From Epithemia pelagica (lineage: Eukaryota > Protista > Bacillariophyta), in assembly GCA_946965045.2 (NCBI GenBank), contig OX337229.1, positions 806,001 through 870,000 on the forward strand: a stretch of DNA of 64,000 nucleotides, given 5' to 3'. A program made the translations under genes and the position numbers. Shown here piece by piece: positions 21,261-31,787 of this stretch; position 1 is the stretch's first letter, and every line of letters begins with the position of its first letter. The notes under the pieces were generated by a model. It saw only the letters and a program-made list of their open reading frames with translations, was not told the DNA's origin and made no database searches.

Positions 21261-21920
21261 ATGAAGCCTCCCAAGAAAAGCAACGGAAACAAGAAGAGAA
21301 AGAAGCCGGGGTTGTTTGTAAGAGTTCGCCATTGGTGGAAGCAAGGTACTAAGCGAAAGGGCGACTATGTGGAGCACAAAGAAGATTTCGTGCGTGGGCA
21401 CGTTCCAAACAGTGATGTTGGAGCGACCTTTTCCGTGGAGGAGGATCTGGAGAGTTGTTGTCAGGGACTTTTGGCCAAAGGGAGTCCACACAGATTCGAT
21501 AAAAGCCCATTATTGTTGATAGAAGAGCAAAGTGTTTCCAGCTGTGCAAGCGGGACCTTGTTTGTCAACGAACCTGTTCCAAACGACAAAGAGGAGATAC
21601 CAGATAGCAACATTACCAATCAAAGCACACCAATCCTTTCAAGAGAAGAATCAGTCCCCAGTGACGTTGGCAGTACAAACGCCACAATGTTCGACCGAAG
21701 AACAACTCAAGACTCCAATCAGGTATCGTTGGAGAGTCTTGATTCACTCGCATGGTCATGCCTTGAAGAGGAAGAATCGTTTGCCACGCCACGGATGGCC
21801 AATATTGGTGATCCTCCTTCAGGAGATCCTCTGGGGGAACATGTACATTTCTTGCGGGTGCAAACACAACCTCGCCGAGTCGAGCTTGTCTGGAAGGACC
21901 AGGAACCCCCCGTAGAGTAA
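21261..21920 (+). CDS. Hypothetical protein (basic N-terminus)
   Basis: ATG-initiated ORF of ~219 aa; no family recognised. Confidence 0.55.
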   Translation: MKPPKKSNGNKKRKKPGLFVRVRHWWKQGTKRKGDYVEHKEDFVRGHVPNSDVGATFSVEEDLESCCQGLLAKGSPHRFDKSPLLLIEEQSVSSCASGTLFVNEPVPNDKEEIPDSNITNQSTPILSREESVPSDVGSTNATMFDRRTTQDSNQVSLESLDSLAWSCLEEEESFATPRMANIGDPPSGDPLGEHVHFLRVQTQPRRVELVWKDQEPPVE

Positions 21921-22112
21921 TTTGTGCTTACCTCTACCTATAATCCTCGACAGTTCCATTCTCATCGAGCAATATCGAACGCCGTCTTAAGACACAAACA
22001 TGAATCCATAGCGTTTATCTGCAATGTGGCGTATTCTCGAGGCCAGTGTCCGGACACGTCAATGAAGACAACAAAACTCGCGAGGGTACCTCTTCAGGCG
22101 AAATGAAACTCC

Positions 22113-24350
22113 TCAGGTTCCATGATTTGGTTTTTGGTCTGGATTTCGTAAGGATACCATAAAGGTCATAATAGTATCTTCCAGATCCTCCTTGACAAAA
22201 ATTTCTGGACAGTCAACGACAAAGTTGGACAAGCTCAAGAAAGAGGCCTTGAGCTCGACATTAGCGGACGAATGTTTGGGATCGTACGCTTTGTAGGCAG
22301 CCAAATACCGGCCAATGTCTCGTGATGAAGCCGTCCCTCCACGCGCCAACAAGTATTCTCGAATGATGTTTTCGATATGATTTTTAACCTTTGGGTCAAC
22401 CGGTCGAGGAGGACGTAGCGGTTGCAATGTGTGGATCCGGGGCGACAGCTTCTCTTGTTCGGCGTCTTGAATCACCCGCTGGAGCAACTCGGATTTCAGG
22501 CCTGAGGTGGGAAGATTTCGTTCACGGCATCGCTCTTTCAAGTCAGCAACGGTGTACGCTGAAAAGTCTTTGACAATTGGTTGTGTGACGCTGGAAGATT
22601 CTGCCACAGGCCGGTGTTCAGGACGTGGATCCATATAGGATTGCGTGTTAGGCCGGTGTTCAGGACGTTGACCCATATCGGATCGCGTGTGAAAGAATGC
22701 CGTGTCGTAGTCCTCTAGATTGTCAATACTGTAATGCTCAAAGAACGCCTTTTCGTCTGTCGAAAAGGTTGCAGTTTTCAAACTTTCCTCAATGATCCTC
22801 TCTGCTTCCGGCATCAAGACTATCCAAGAGGCAAAATCTTGAAGATCCGTTCTTGACAGTTCCTCTCCTCGGCCAACATTATCTAAAACAGTCGACCCAG
22901 CTATAAAGTTGTTCAATCCGCCAAAATGGTACTTGAGTTCGTTGAGCAAGTCCCTCTTTCCAATCTTTAGAGCTTTTAAATGTCGTCCTGCATCTCGACT
23001 GTTCACACGGCCCACACCGGAGGCGTCAATGAAATCCTTGAGCACTATTTCTACCGTTAATGCAGAGAAGCCCGATACATTAGGTCTGCGAACAAGCAGT
23101 TTGTCGAGATGGTCTTCGAGCCATACGATATTGTAGTCCTTGATACCATTGGTAACTTTGAGAGCACGATTGCATCCCTCTCTCATGGAAACCAAGGCCA
23201 CACGTCGTCCCTTTTGACGTGTCCGGGCCATGCAGGGCAAAAAATCCTTGTCGCCCGTCAACAAAATGGCCACGTCAAAGGAATCCGGAACCGTTGCATA
23301 ATGCAACATTTCCACTGCCAGTTGAATGTCGACACACTTTTCAGATTTTCCAGCCGTCGTCAACATACTAACATCGTAGTTGCACTCCCTCAGTTCCTTT
23401 AACATTTGATATCGTAAGCTACTGGTGGAGGTATCCGCCTTGCAGGACGTAAAGACACAGGCCCGGACAATTTCCAACGGTCGTTTCTTATCCTTCCAGG
23501 AGGACCAACCGGGGTCGTACAGAGCTTGACAAATGACTTTGGGCAGATTCAGCCAGTCAAAGTCGTATCGGCTAAACCAGCCCTTTCCGTATTTTTGTCG
23601 AATCGGACAGCGATCTTCTTCTCGGGTATAGATACTATAGTAAAGCCAGGTGCCGTCAATGAATAGCATGGCCTTGAGTGGCACCACAGCAGATACAGGC
23701 ATTTGGCTGGCCACTACCGTACCAAAGGGATCATTGCGAGAACGATTCGGTTTCTTTGTTGACTTTGTTGGTTGTTGTGCTCCATTGACTGCAATCGTTT
23801 GGGAGTCCAGCTGCTCTAACAGAATTTGAAGGACTTGATCTTGTTGCACCAGTCGTCGTCTCAACGCATCCACCTGATCTTGCAATGACAGGCTGTTGTT
23901 GTCTTCATCCTCTTCTTCGTCATCCTCGTTGTCTTCATTGTCAAAGACACGCTTCTCATCATCCCATTCGTCCAACTCATCTTCTTGATCGTCATCATCA
24001 TCATCATCTGGTAACCAGGGCAATCCATAACTCAAGCTTTTGGATGTGTCTTTTTCTTTTCCATTAACGTCCTCGTCGTTGTCGTCATCATCCTCGTCAT
24101 TAAACTCGTCTTCGTCATCGAGATTGGTGCCACAGAGTGCTATGAAAGACGACCCATAGCCGTTTGCAGGAGACAATCGTCTTGCAGTGGAGAGTGTTGC
24201 AATTCCGCGAACAGAGGCGATCCACAAGGCCATACACAGAAATTGTATCAGAGTAGTAACCATTGGCAATTGGGAGAATCTTCTTGGATCCTGATAGATC
24301 GACCATCTATTACGTCGCAATAGTGGGAGTTGATTGCAAGTGGATCTCAT
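22113..24350 (-). CDS. NYN (LabA/DUF88-type) ribonuclease with SAP domain and LOTUS/OST-HTH-like segments; N-terminal signal-like peptide
   Basis: FIDGTWLY, EKCVDIQLAVEM, LTGDKDFLP (four acidic NYN residues); YTVADLKERCRERNLPTSGLKSELLQRV (SAP); two SSRD.GR.L segments. Start 24350 or 24263. Confidence 0.82.
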   Translation of the reverse strand: MRSTCNQLPLLRRNRWSIYQDPRRFSQLPMVTTLIQFLCMALWIASVRGIATLSTARRLSPANGYGSSFIALCGTNLDDEDEFNDEDDDDNDEDVNGKEKDTSKSLSYGLPWLPDDDDDDDQEDELDEWDDEKRVFDNEDNEDDEEEDEDNNSLSLQDQVDALRRRLVQQDQVLQILLEQLDSQTIAVNGAQQPTKSTKKPNRSRNDPFGTVVASQMPVSAVVPLKAMLFIDGTWLYYSIYTREEDRCPIRQKYGKGWFSRYDFDWLNLPKVICQALYDPGWSSWKDKKRPLEIVRACVFTSCKADTSTSSLRYQMLKELRECNYDVSMLTTAGKSEKCVDIQLAVEMLHYATVPDSFDVAILLTGDKDFLPCMARTRQKGRRVALVSMREGCNRALKVTNGIKDYNIVWLEDHLDKLLVRRPNVSGFSALTVEIVLKDFIDASGVGRVNSRDAGRHLKALKIGKRDLLNELKYHFGGLNNFIAGSTVLDNVGRGEELSRTDLQDFASWIVLMPEAERIIEESLKTATFSTDEKAFFEHYSIDNLEDYDTAFFHTRSDMGQRPEHRPNTQSYMDPRPEHRPVAESSSVTQPIVKDFSAYTVADLKERCRERNLPTSGLKSELLQRVIQDAEQEKLSPRIHTLQPLRPPRPVDPKVKNHIENIIREYLLARGGTASSRDIGRYLAAYKAYDPKHSSANVELKASFLSLSNFVVDCPEIFVKEDLEDTIMTFMVSLRNPDQKPNHGT

Positions 24351-24772
24351 CAAATGGTCTTTTGTAATTTGTTCTTTTTGAGGAGGACAATTCGTCTTTC
24401 GGAAGCAAGATGTCAAAAGGTGAGAGAGGTCTTGTCTTGCGTTCGAACCCAGGTTTCGATGCAATGAGATTGAAGAATTGAGATGGCTTTCTTCTTGATG
24501 GCTCAAGGACACGATTTTGGACCATGGCGGCAGAAGGAAATTCTCTAACATTCCACGTGGAAGACTTCTGTTGGCGGCCAGGCGGCCAGCGACTCACCTC
24601 CGGTCCACGCACCTTCAACCACCAACCACAATCACCATACTTGTAGAGCAATAGCACAGCTGCATTCACACCACGCTCGATTCATTTTTGCTACAAAAAA
24701 AACCAATCATAGAACATCAACCCAACGTTGTCAACCAAAGGTCGAAGAATCAACTCTATCAGAAACTCCTCC

Positions 24773-26841
24773 ATGAAGACCCTTCAAACTGGTCCTTCTA
24801 GCAGCGCAAGAGCTCTTGCTGCTCTATCGTTGATCCTTTCACTCCATTCGGGATGGTCCTTTGTCTTCCACCGTGCTTCTTCTTCGCTTGACGCCATTTT
24901 CACCACCACGGCACCGCCAATTCCGACGGGCTACAACAACAACCATAACAACCTGGTTCCCTTGTTCTTCCAACGAGGAAAGGTGCAGTTTTCGAGAAAG
25001 AACACCAACAAGTCGTTTCTCCTAGCTACCAGCACAGAAAGCGGAACGGCGAATGAAACCTTTGTCGCATCCTCTTCCGAAGTGGACCCCCCGCGTAAGT
25101 TTCAACGGAACAATGCATTCGACTCGGGCAGAAGAAAAGGCAAGTATAGTGCTCGCAGAAGTGGAAAGAATTTCCAGGCCACTGGATACAAGGACATTTA
25201 TGGCTTGAATGAAGCTCTGAATCGGCTGGCCGAAGAAGCGGGCGATTCTCGAAATTCGGTCATTCGAAAGGCCATGGCGGCCGAAGAACTCTGGAAAGAA
25301 TTCAACGTCCCCGAGGATGGCACTCGCAAGTATCGTCCCGATACGGTGAGTTTCAATATCGTCCTAAAGGCCTGGAGCAAGGCCACACAAGTCTTGGCCG
25401 ATCATCACGATGATCCAAAGCATGATCATTTGCTCGATGCCAACATTCCCATTTACACGGCACGTGAATGTGCCCTCCATGCTCTCGAACTTTTGAATCA
25501 ACAAGAAAAGGAATTCCAGTCAGCCAAAAGCAAGGCCAAAGGGGATACGGAGGACGACGAGGAGGAGGGCGCATCTGGCGTGGCCGCTCCCGATGTTCAT
25601 AGCTTCAACACGTTGTTAGATACCTGGGCAAAAAGCGACACGGATGCCGAAGCCATTCGGCAAGTAGAAGACTTGTTGGGAAGGATGCAAAAGTCTCCCT
25701 CCTTGGAACCAGACGTGATATCCTATACAGCCTTGGTGGAAGTTTATGGCGTCTCCAATCGAAGCGACCGTTTGGAAAAGTTGCGTAGAATATGGAAGTA
25801 CATGGATGAAACACCGTCCTTGCATCCTGGAACCCGAGCCACATGCTCGATTCTTCATGCTTACAGCGGCCTCATTCGCGAAAACCCCAACGACGCCTTG
25901 GAATTGGCCGAGGAAGCGCAGGTCAAGTTTGACACCTTAATTCAGCGATTTGCCGAATCGGGCCATGCCAAGGAAGAACCAGATGTCGTTGTTTATACCA
26001 ACGCCATGGATGTGTGGTCCAAAGTCGGAACCGTTGATGCGGCCTACAAAGCCGAAGCTATTTTCCGAGACCTTAAGGCCACGGAGAGTACAAATGTTGA
26101 CCTCCGTCCCTCGTCTTACACCTACAGCACTCTCATCACCGGTACGTTTGTTGTCGTCTTGAGTTATCCAATGAAAGTCTTGTCATCGTCTTCCCTCACT
26201 CTCCTTGTTCTGTTTTCTTGAATACAGCTTGGTCCAGGGTCGCGTACAAAGACGAAGCTGCGGAGCGGGTGGACGAAATCCTGGGTGAAATGATTGACGA
26301 TAAAGGGCTGCTCGTTCTTAGTAACCACCCTTTTACGGCGGCTCTCAAATGCTGGGCACGTGGTCGAGTCAAGGGAAAAGCCATTCGCGCGCTCAAGACA
26401 CTCAAGCAAATGAAGGAGCTCTCGAAATACGACCGGCGAGCCTACCCAAGTATTCAAACCTACCATGCTGCATTGGATTGTTGCTCTAGGCCGTCGTCCG
26501 AGTCAGATCTCAACGAAGACACTGCATCACTCAAGATTGCCTTTGCCATTTTCCAATCACTTCAAAAAGATGGGATGAAAGCGACAAATGTAACCTTTTC
26601 CAAGTTGTTACGGTGCGTAGAAGCCCTGCTTCCTGGAGGTTCCGAACGCAGCAAGGTGGCACTTGCTACCTTTGAAAAGGCTCTCGCTGCAGGCATGGCT
26701 GATAGCACAGTTCTACGGGCGTTTCAAAGGGCGGCCGATGTCAACGTGCTTCAGAAAGCTGTAGGCGAGTTAACCGATCACAACGGCTACATTGATTACA
26801 ACAGAATACCACAGGCCTGGAGAAAGAATGTAAAGACGTAA
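24773..26841 (+). CDS. Pentatricopeptide-repeat protein, probably plastid-targeted; intron 26142-26227
   Basis: PDTVSFNIVLKAWS, PDVHSFNTLLDTWA, PDVISYTALV, PDVVVYTNAMDVWS repeats; GTACGT..ACAG intron restores TLITAWSRV; signal peptide ending GWS|F. Confidence 0.88.
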
Positions 26842-27263
26842 AGAGGCCCAAGCGGAGAATGCTTTCCAATACGGTTCAGATTGTGCTGGACATACCATGT
26901 CACCCCCCAAACAGAGCACACGAACATGCCGAGTCAACCATCGGACGGGACCTTTCTGGGATGCAGTGGTAGTTTCGACAAATATTCCAGAAGAGTGTAC
27001 GCATTCAGCTGCTGCCAATCTGATACTTGGCCAGGATGTCTTAACTTCCATCTCTCCGTAGCATGATGACTTCGTAAATACATACTATAAGCAATAATGG
27101 TCTACCTTCAAGGCACACATGACTTCTTGAGCTCAAATGGATTCGTTATTCAAAAACAGAGGATCTTTTAACTCTTTTTCCAATTCTTCTTTACAAAGTA
27201 CAAACATAGCGGGGATGAAACAAGGTACAAAATAGATGTAGATCCTTCTCTAAGTGTGCGTAA

Positions 27264-27347
27264 GCGGGAAGCAAAACTTTCTCTTCACGTTTCATATAAT
27301 GTGGCGGAGCAAAACTTTCTCTCACGTTTCATGTAATGTGGCGGGAG
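27264..27347 (+). repeat. Imperfect ~38-bp tandem duplication 3' of HSF
   Basis: AAACTTTCTC(T)TCACGTTTCAT(A/G)TAATGTGGCGG(G)AGC twice. Confidence 0.8.
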
Positions 27348-27366
27348 CATGATATTCGCCGTGCTA

Positions 27367-28989
27367 TTAACCGTAGAAACCACCAGTACCCCCAAAATTA
27401 CCCCCAGGTGGTCCTCCTCCTGGTCCACGGCCACTGCCAGGGTATCCCTGGAATGGAGGATGGTCATTCTGTTGCTGTTCTTGTCGGTGTTGTTCAAATT
27501 GAAGACGCTCTTCCTCTTGTCTCTGTCTCATGAGGAGCTCAAGGCGCTGACCAAGCTGAGCATGAACTAGAGCCTGACTAGCATCAATAGGAGATGGATG
27601 ACCACCCAAGCCCATCGATGCTGCGGCTGCTACGGCAGGTCCAACAACTCCCGCCAAACCCAGTTGCGCACCGATTTCGGCAAGCAACTGGCGCACTGAC
27701 ATGGAGTTTTGAGCATGGGAATCTATGGTTGTAGGAGCCTTGGAGGTCGTCTTTTTTCGTTTAACCTTCTTGCATAATCCCCTTCTCCCCTTGACAAAAT
27801 ACTTATGAAAGTATGCTCCCTTGTCTCGTCCTTCTGTAACTCGGCGAAATCCATAGAGGTTCAGCTGCCTTTGAAACGAAGACATACGGCTTGTGGTGAA
27901 ATACTTGGGCATGATGGTAGCCACAAACTCGCGAGGTTTATGAATCGCAAACATTTTCCCCTCTGTGGTAAATGATATAACATCATCTAGACCATTCTTC
28001 TCGGCGTGCTCCAGCATACGATGCAACTTGAAGGGAAAAGTATCATTGGCTGGGTGATCTTCTTCATCTTCAACAGCGGCCTCGTCCACGTCACTATCCG
28101 ATTCATCGGGTGTTTTGCCATCAGCTGCGGCAACCTTGGCCTCATCTTCGCTCTCTTTTTCGTCGTCCGTATCTTTTTGTCTTTCATCAGCACCTTCTGT
28201 TGCCGGACGTGGCTGTAATGAAGCTACTCCAGAATGTGTTCTCGGAGGAAGAACAGAGGCAGAATCTGACGAGGCTGGTTGTCCTGACGTTGCGTGAAGC
28301 AACGCTTGCTGGAGAGAATCACTAGGGTTGGCAAAAAGAGCGGCAAGTGGCGTCGAAGACATTGCGGGCGGCTGATGCGCCCTTGTTCCTGTGGCAGCAG
28401 CGCTAGATACTGCAGAAGCAGATGAGAGTAGATCATCGACATTCTGGTGTCTTGATGCCAGCAATTGATTGGCTAACAGTCCATCTCGTTGTCTGAGTAT
28501 GCTTTCTAGTTCACTTTGAGGTTGTTGTTGTGCTGTCAGCCCACTCAGTCCAGCCAGCAAACTAGGGCTAAGAATTTGTTGGGGTTGCTGTCTCCGTGGT
28601 GGCAGTAAAATTGAATGTACGCCAGGGAGATTGTTTTGCTGCTGCTGTGCCGCTTGCAGCTGTTGTTGCAGTTGTAGATGCTGCAACTGCTGTTGTTGTT
28701 GTTGCTGCTGCTGCTGCTGTTGTTGTTGCTGACGCTGCAACTCCAGTAAAAGGTGTAGGTTTGAGTTCACATTGTTGTTATTGTTGTTTGGAAAGTTGGG
28801 GTTCATTTCTAAGCTCGAGGAGGGATAGCTTTTGCTCCCTCGAGATGCAACAGCAGTTGCCGCCTCGAGAAGATCACCGAACCGTGAACTTGAGTAGCCT
28901 TGCTCCATGGCTACGTTGTCACTCGAGTTTTCGAGTCCGTTAATGCTGCTTTTGTCGTTAGGTAGATATGCCTTCGAGGGACTCTTCAT
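27367..28989 (-). CDS. Heat-shock-factor-type transcription factor with polyQ tract
   Basis: FPFKLHRML...SFQRQLNLYGFRRV...YFHKYFVKG (HSF DNA-binding domain); start uncertain. Confidence 0.92.
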   Translation of the reverse strand: MKSPSKAYLPNDKSSINGLENSSDNVAMEQGYSSSRFGDLLEAATAVASRGSKSYPSSSLEMNPNFPNNNNNNVNSNLHLLLELQRQQQQQQQQQQQQQQQLQHLQLQQQLQAAQQQQNNLPGVHSILLPPRRQQPQQILSPSLLAGLSGLTAQQQPQSELESILRQRDGLLANQLLASRHQNVDDLLSSASAVSSAAATGTRAHQPPAMSSTPLAALFANPSDSLQQALLHATSGQPASSDSASVLPPRTHSGVASLQPRPATEGADERQKDTDDEKESEDEAKVAAADGKTPDESDSDVDEAAVEDEEDHPANDTFPFKLHRMLEHAEKNGLDDVISFTTEGKMFAIHKPREFVATIMPKYFTTSRMSSFQRQLNLYGFRRVTEGRDKGAYFHKYFVKGRRGLCKKVKRKKTTSKAPTTIDSHAQNSMSVRQLLAEIGAQLGLAGVVGPAVAAAASMGLGGHPSPIDASQALVHAQLGQRLELLMRQRQEEERLQFEQHRQEQQQNDHPPFQGYPGSGRGPGGGPPGGNFGGTGGFYG

Positions 28990-30109
28990 GCCAATAGAAT
29001 GGGCCGACAAGGTTCTGGACAGGGAAGAGTTAACGATGAGATCGAATTTGGATATCCAGAATGTGAAGTTTGTGGCACCTGCTCTATCGGAACGTCGGAA
29101 GTCCGAATGGCCCTCACAGCGAATACATGCCAAAGAGCATAATCTCAAATCTCAACACTCCAAAGTCCTACCCAGTATATGGTGATGTGGCATTCACGTC
29201 AATTGATCTTACCTCTCTTGGTTTGATCCAAACTGTTTTAAGTTTCAAGCACAAGAACACCACCTGGGAATAGCAGAATCAATTTCTCACCCACTATTGG
29301 CTAATAATATTGTTGCTGCGTCGCTCGTCGCTCTTCGCTACTCTTTACTGTTTACTCGTATTGCTCCCGCGTAAAGTTCGTCGGAAGGCAGTTGAAACTC
29401 TGTTGAAGCAATACAGCAGGATATGTCCGGCTTTTCGCACTTGGCAGAATCGGTTCGTAATTCGAAATTCGAACCCCTATAACTTCCGATTAACACAGAT
29501 GCTACGAGCAGCGGCATGCCACAAAAAAATTATTGTTCTCACTTCTCACTGCTCACCAAAAGTACTCGTAGACAAGGGACTCCTGAATCCTGAATCCCAT
29601 GTTCTGTTCTTGCCGATCTTTTACTTCCTACGAACCATCCAGACAGATTCTGGACACTGAAAAGACTAGAATGAGTTAAGTAAGAATGATAATGCAGAAA
29701 CTTCAAGCTCATTATGCATCGTCACTATAATGACTCTGAAATCCTCGAGTGAGCTTTGGACAAATCCGAATTCAGCGAATCGGATTGCTGATGATGTTGA
29801 ATGTCCTAGCCGGCTGATTCATGATTCTATTGTACATTCGACTGACGTCTGACGTAAATGATTAACGCCAATTCGCAAAGGTTAAAGGGCGTCTGCCCAA
29901 ACAGGAATGTGGTGAGTGTTAGGTTTTAGAGGCTGTACCAAAGCCTCAGCAGACAGAGAGCAACCTTTGATTGCCCACCCGAAGGGTGGGTCACTGGCGA
30001 TCACCGAAACCGCGACCTATGAGACACCGATGTATTTTCAAAACCCCCCCACTTTTTCAGAATTTTTCCACTATAGGTATATTTGTACTAATGTATGTGT
30101 CAGTGACGC

Positions 30110-30574
30110 TTATTCTTTTTCCAGTTGGGCGAGACGTTCTTCCAACCGATCCATCCTCACACTCATCTTTTTCAGAGCAGTCGCCAATTCCTCTACTACA
30201 CCACTCGGAAGTTCGCTGTCCTTGGTCTCCTTGGTCTTGTTTGTAGTTTTCGTCGTACGCGTCCATTCCGAGCTCGGCACTCTTTCCGACGGGTCCCTAA
30301 CGAACTGATTCCGATAGCCCGCAATCCGACACACTCCATTCCGTTCGGCCCACAACTGATACTGTAGGTCGTTTTTGAGATGTTCAGGAGCGTCTTGTTC
30401 GTCGTAATGCTTGAGGTTCTTAGGTAGGAATGAACCATGCGCGTTCTTCGGGAACGTGACTGTAACTCTTGGCCAGGTCCTCTGTGGGTCTTGTACCTTA
30501 GTGACATACCCACACAGTCCTTTTCTAATCCCCGTGAGTGGTACGACGAGATCTCCTAATGCGAATTGCACCAT
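30110..30574 (-). CDS. Orphan 154-aa protein: KOW/SH3-like N-terminus and C-terminal coiled coil
   Basis: FALGDLVVPLTGIRKGLCGYVTKV; MSVRMDRLEERLAQLEKE. Confidence 0.6.
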   Translation of the reverse strand: MVQFALGDLVVPLTGIRKGLCGYVTKVQDPQRTWPRVTVTFPKNAHGSFLPKNLKHYDEQDAPEHLKNDLQYQLWAERNGVCRIAGYRNQFVRDPSERVPSSEWTRTTKTTNKTKETKDSELPSGVVEELATALKKMSVRMDRLEERLAQLEKE

Positions 30575-30834
30575 TGTTTCGTTGCGTTGCGTTTTGTTTG
30601 TTTGTTGTGTGTCCGATTGCCTCTTTTCCTTCTACTCCCTACACCTACTTCCTATTCATACATATAGACACATAGGATACAACAACGCCAGTAGTGCCGC
30701 GCCATGAATTCAAATCAGTGCAAACCGTTTTGAAACATGGCGCGACTTGCCGACTTTTTTGCTTTTGTTATAGTCGTTCTCAGTTTTTTTGTTGGATTGT
30801 TGTGTTGTTGTAGTTGTTATTCCTACTTTAAGCA

Positions 30835-31614
30835 ATGGCCTATCCGCATCACCCCAACCCCGATGGCGATACGGCTGTGTTCCGTGTCGACGTTTCCGGC
30901 ACAGGCGAAAACATCGTCCGAATCCGTGCCGCCATGGACATCATCCTGCCGAAGTGTGGTGTTGCACCAAGAGATTTGGTCAAAATCTCCTACCACCATA
31001 CTCCTCTTCTTTCCGGTTTCAAGTATGACAGTACCATTGACTGCAAGGCCCCGGTTTACAATGGGTTGGTCCTACAAGGTGCTGTTTTGCGCTCGGTAGC
31101 ACCGCCAGGGTTCTGGCAAGTGGAACTTCCCCCCGAAAAAAGGTTTTTGGATCGTTGTATTACTGTCACACTTTACTATCTAACGTACATTGGCGGTTTC
31201 AAAATTTCGTCGCAGAAGGTGCAGTGTGGCTATTTATTTATTATCGAGAATGGATGGACGGAAGACTGGGATGACGTGGGCGTATCCACGATCTCCATCA
31301 CCCAACCAGTCCCTGGTCTGACATCATCGGAACTCCGACAAATTCCTAACGCGACTGCACGCAACCAGATGGAAATGGTTACGGAAGAAGATGGGTACGA
31401 CGTAGACTCCGATGGAGAACCTGCCGCTCAGGAGCTCGTACTACGGTACACATGGGCCAACTCTACTCCCGAACGCCGCCCAACCCAGATGCAGTTGCTG
31501 GAACATACCCTTACTAAGCCTCGTCCGCCGGGGTATGTTCCCAAACGTCTTATGATTGTGGAAAGGAAGCCTAAGAACGACGACAATGACAACGAGAACA
31601 ATAATGCAGCGTAA
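30835..31614 (+). CDS. Orphan 259-aa protein, divergent from the 154-aa ORF
   Basis: ATG-initiated clean ORF, beta-rich N-half, acidic C-half; converges on the YR gene. Confidence 0.62.
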   Translation: MAYPHHPNPDGDTAVFRVDVSGTGENIVRIRAAMDIILPKCGVAPRDLVKISYHHTPLLSGFKYDSTIDCKAPVYNGLVLQGAVLRSVAPPGFWQVELPPEKRFLDRCITVTLYYLTYIGGFKISSQKVQCGYLFIIENGWTEDWDDVGVSTISITQPVPGLTSSELRQIPNATARNQMEMVTEEDGYDVDSDGEPAAQELVLRYTWANSTPERRPTQMQLLEHTLTKPRPPGYVPKRLMIVERKPKNDDNDNENNNAA

Positions 31615-31787
31615 CCTATTCTAGAAATGAGTTGAGAGTTCCAAATTTCAATTGTAAACTAGTAGTTAATATAGAAAAAAGACTGGCCCACCACCACCCA
31701 CCCAGCACTGGACCATTCCCCAGTGTCATCACTCACCAGGGCCATGTCCAGAACCAGGCGCCCAGCCTTGGTATTGTTGCGTCTTCT

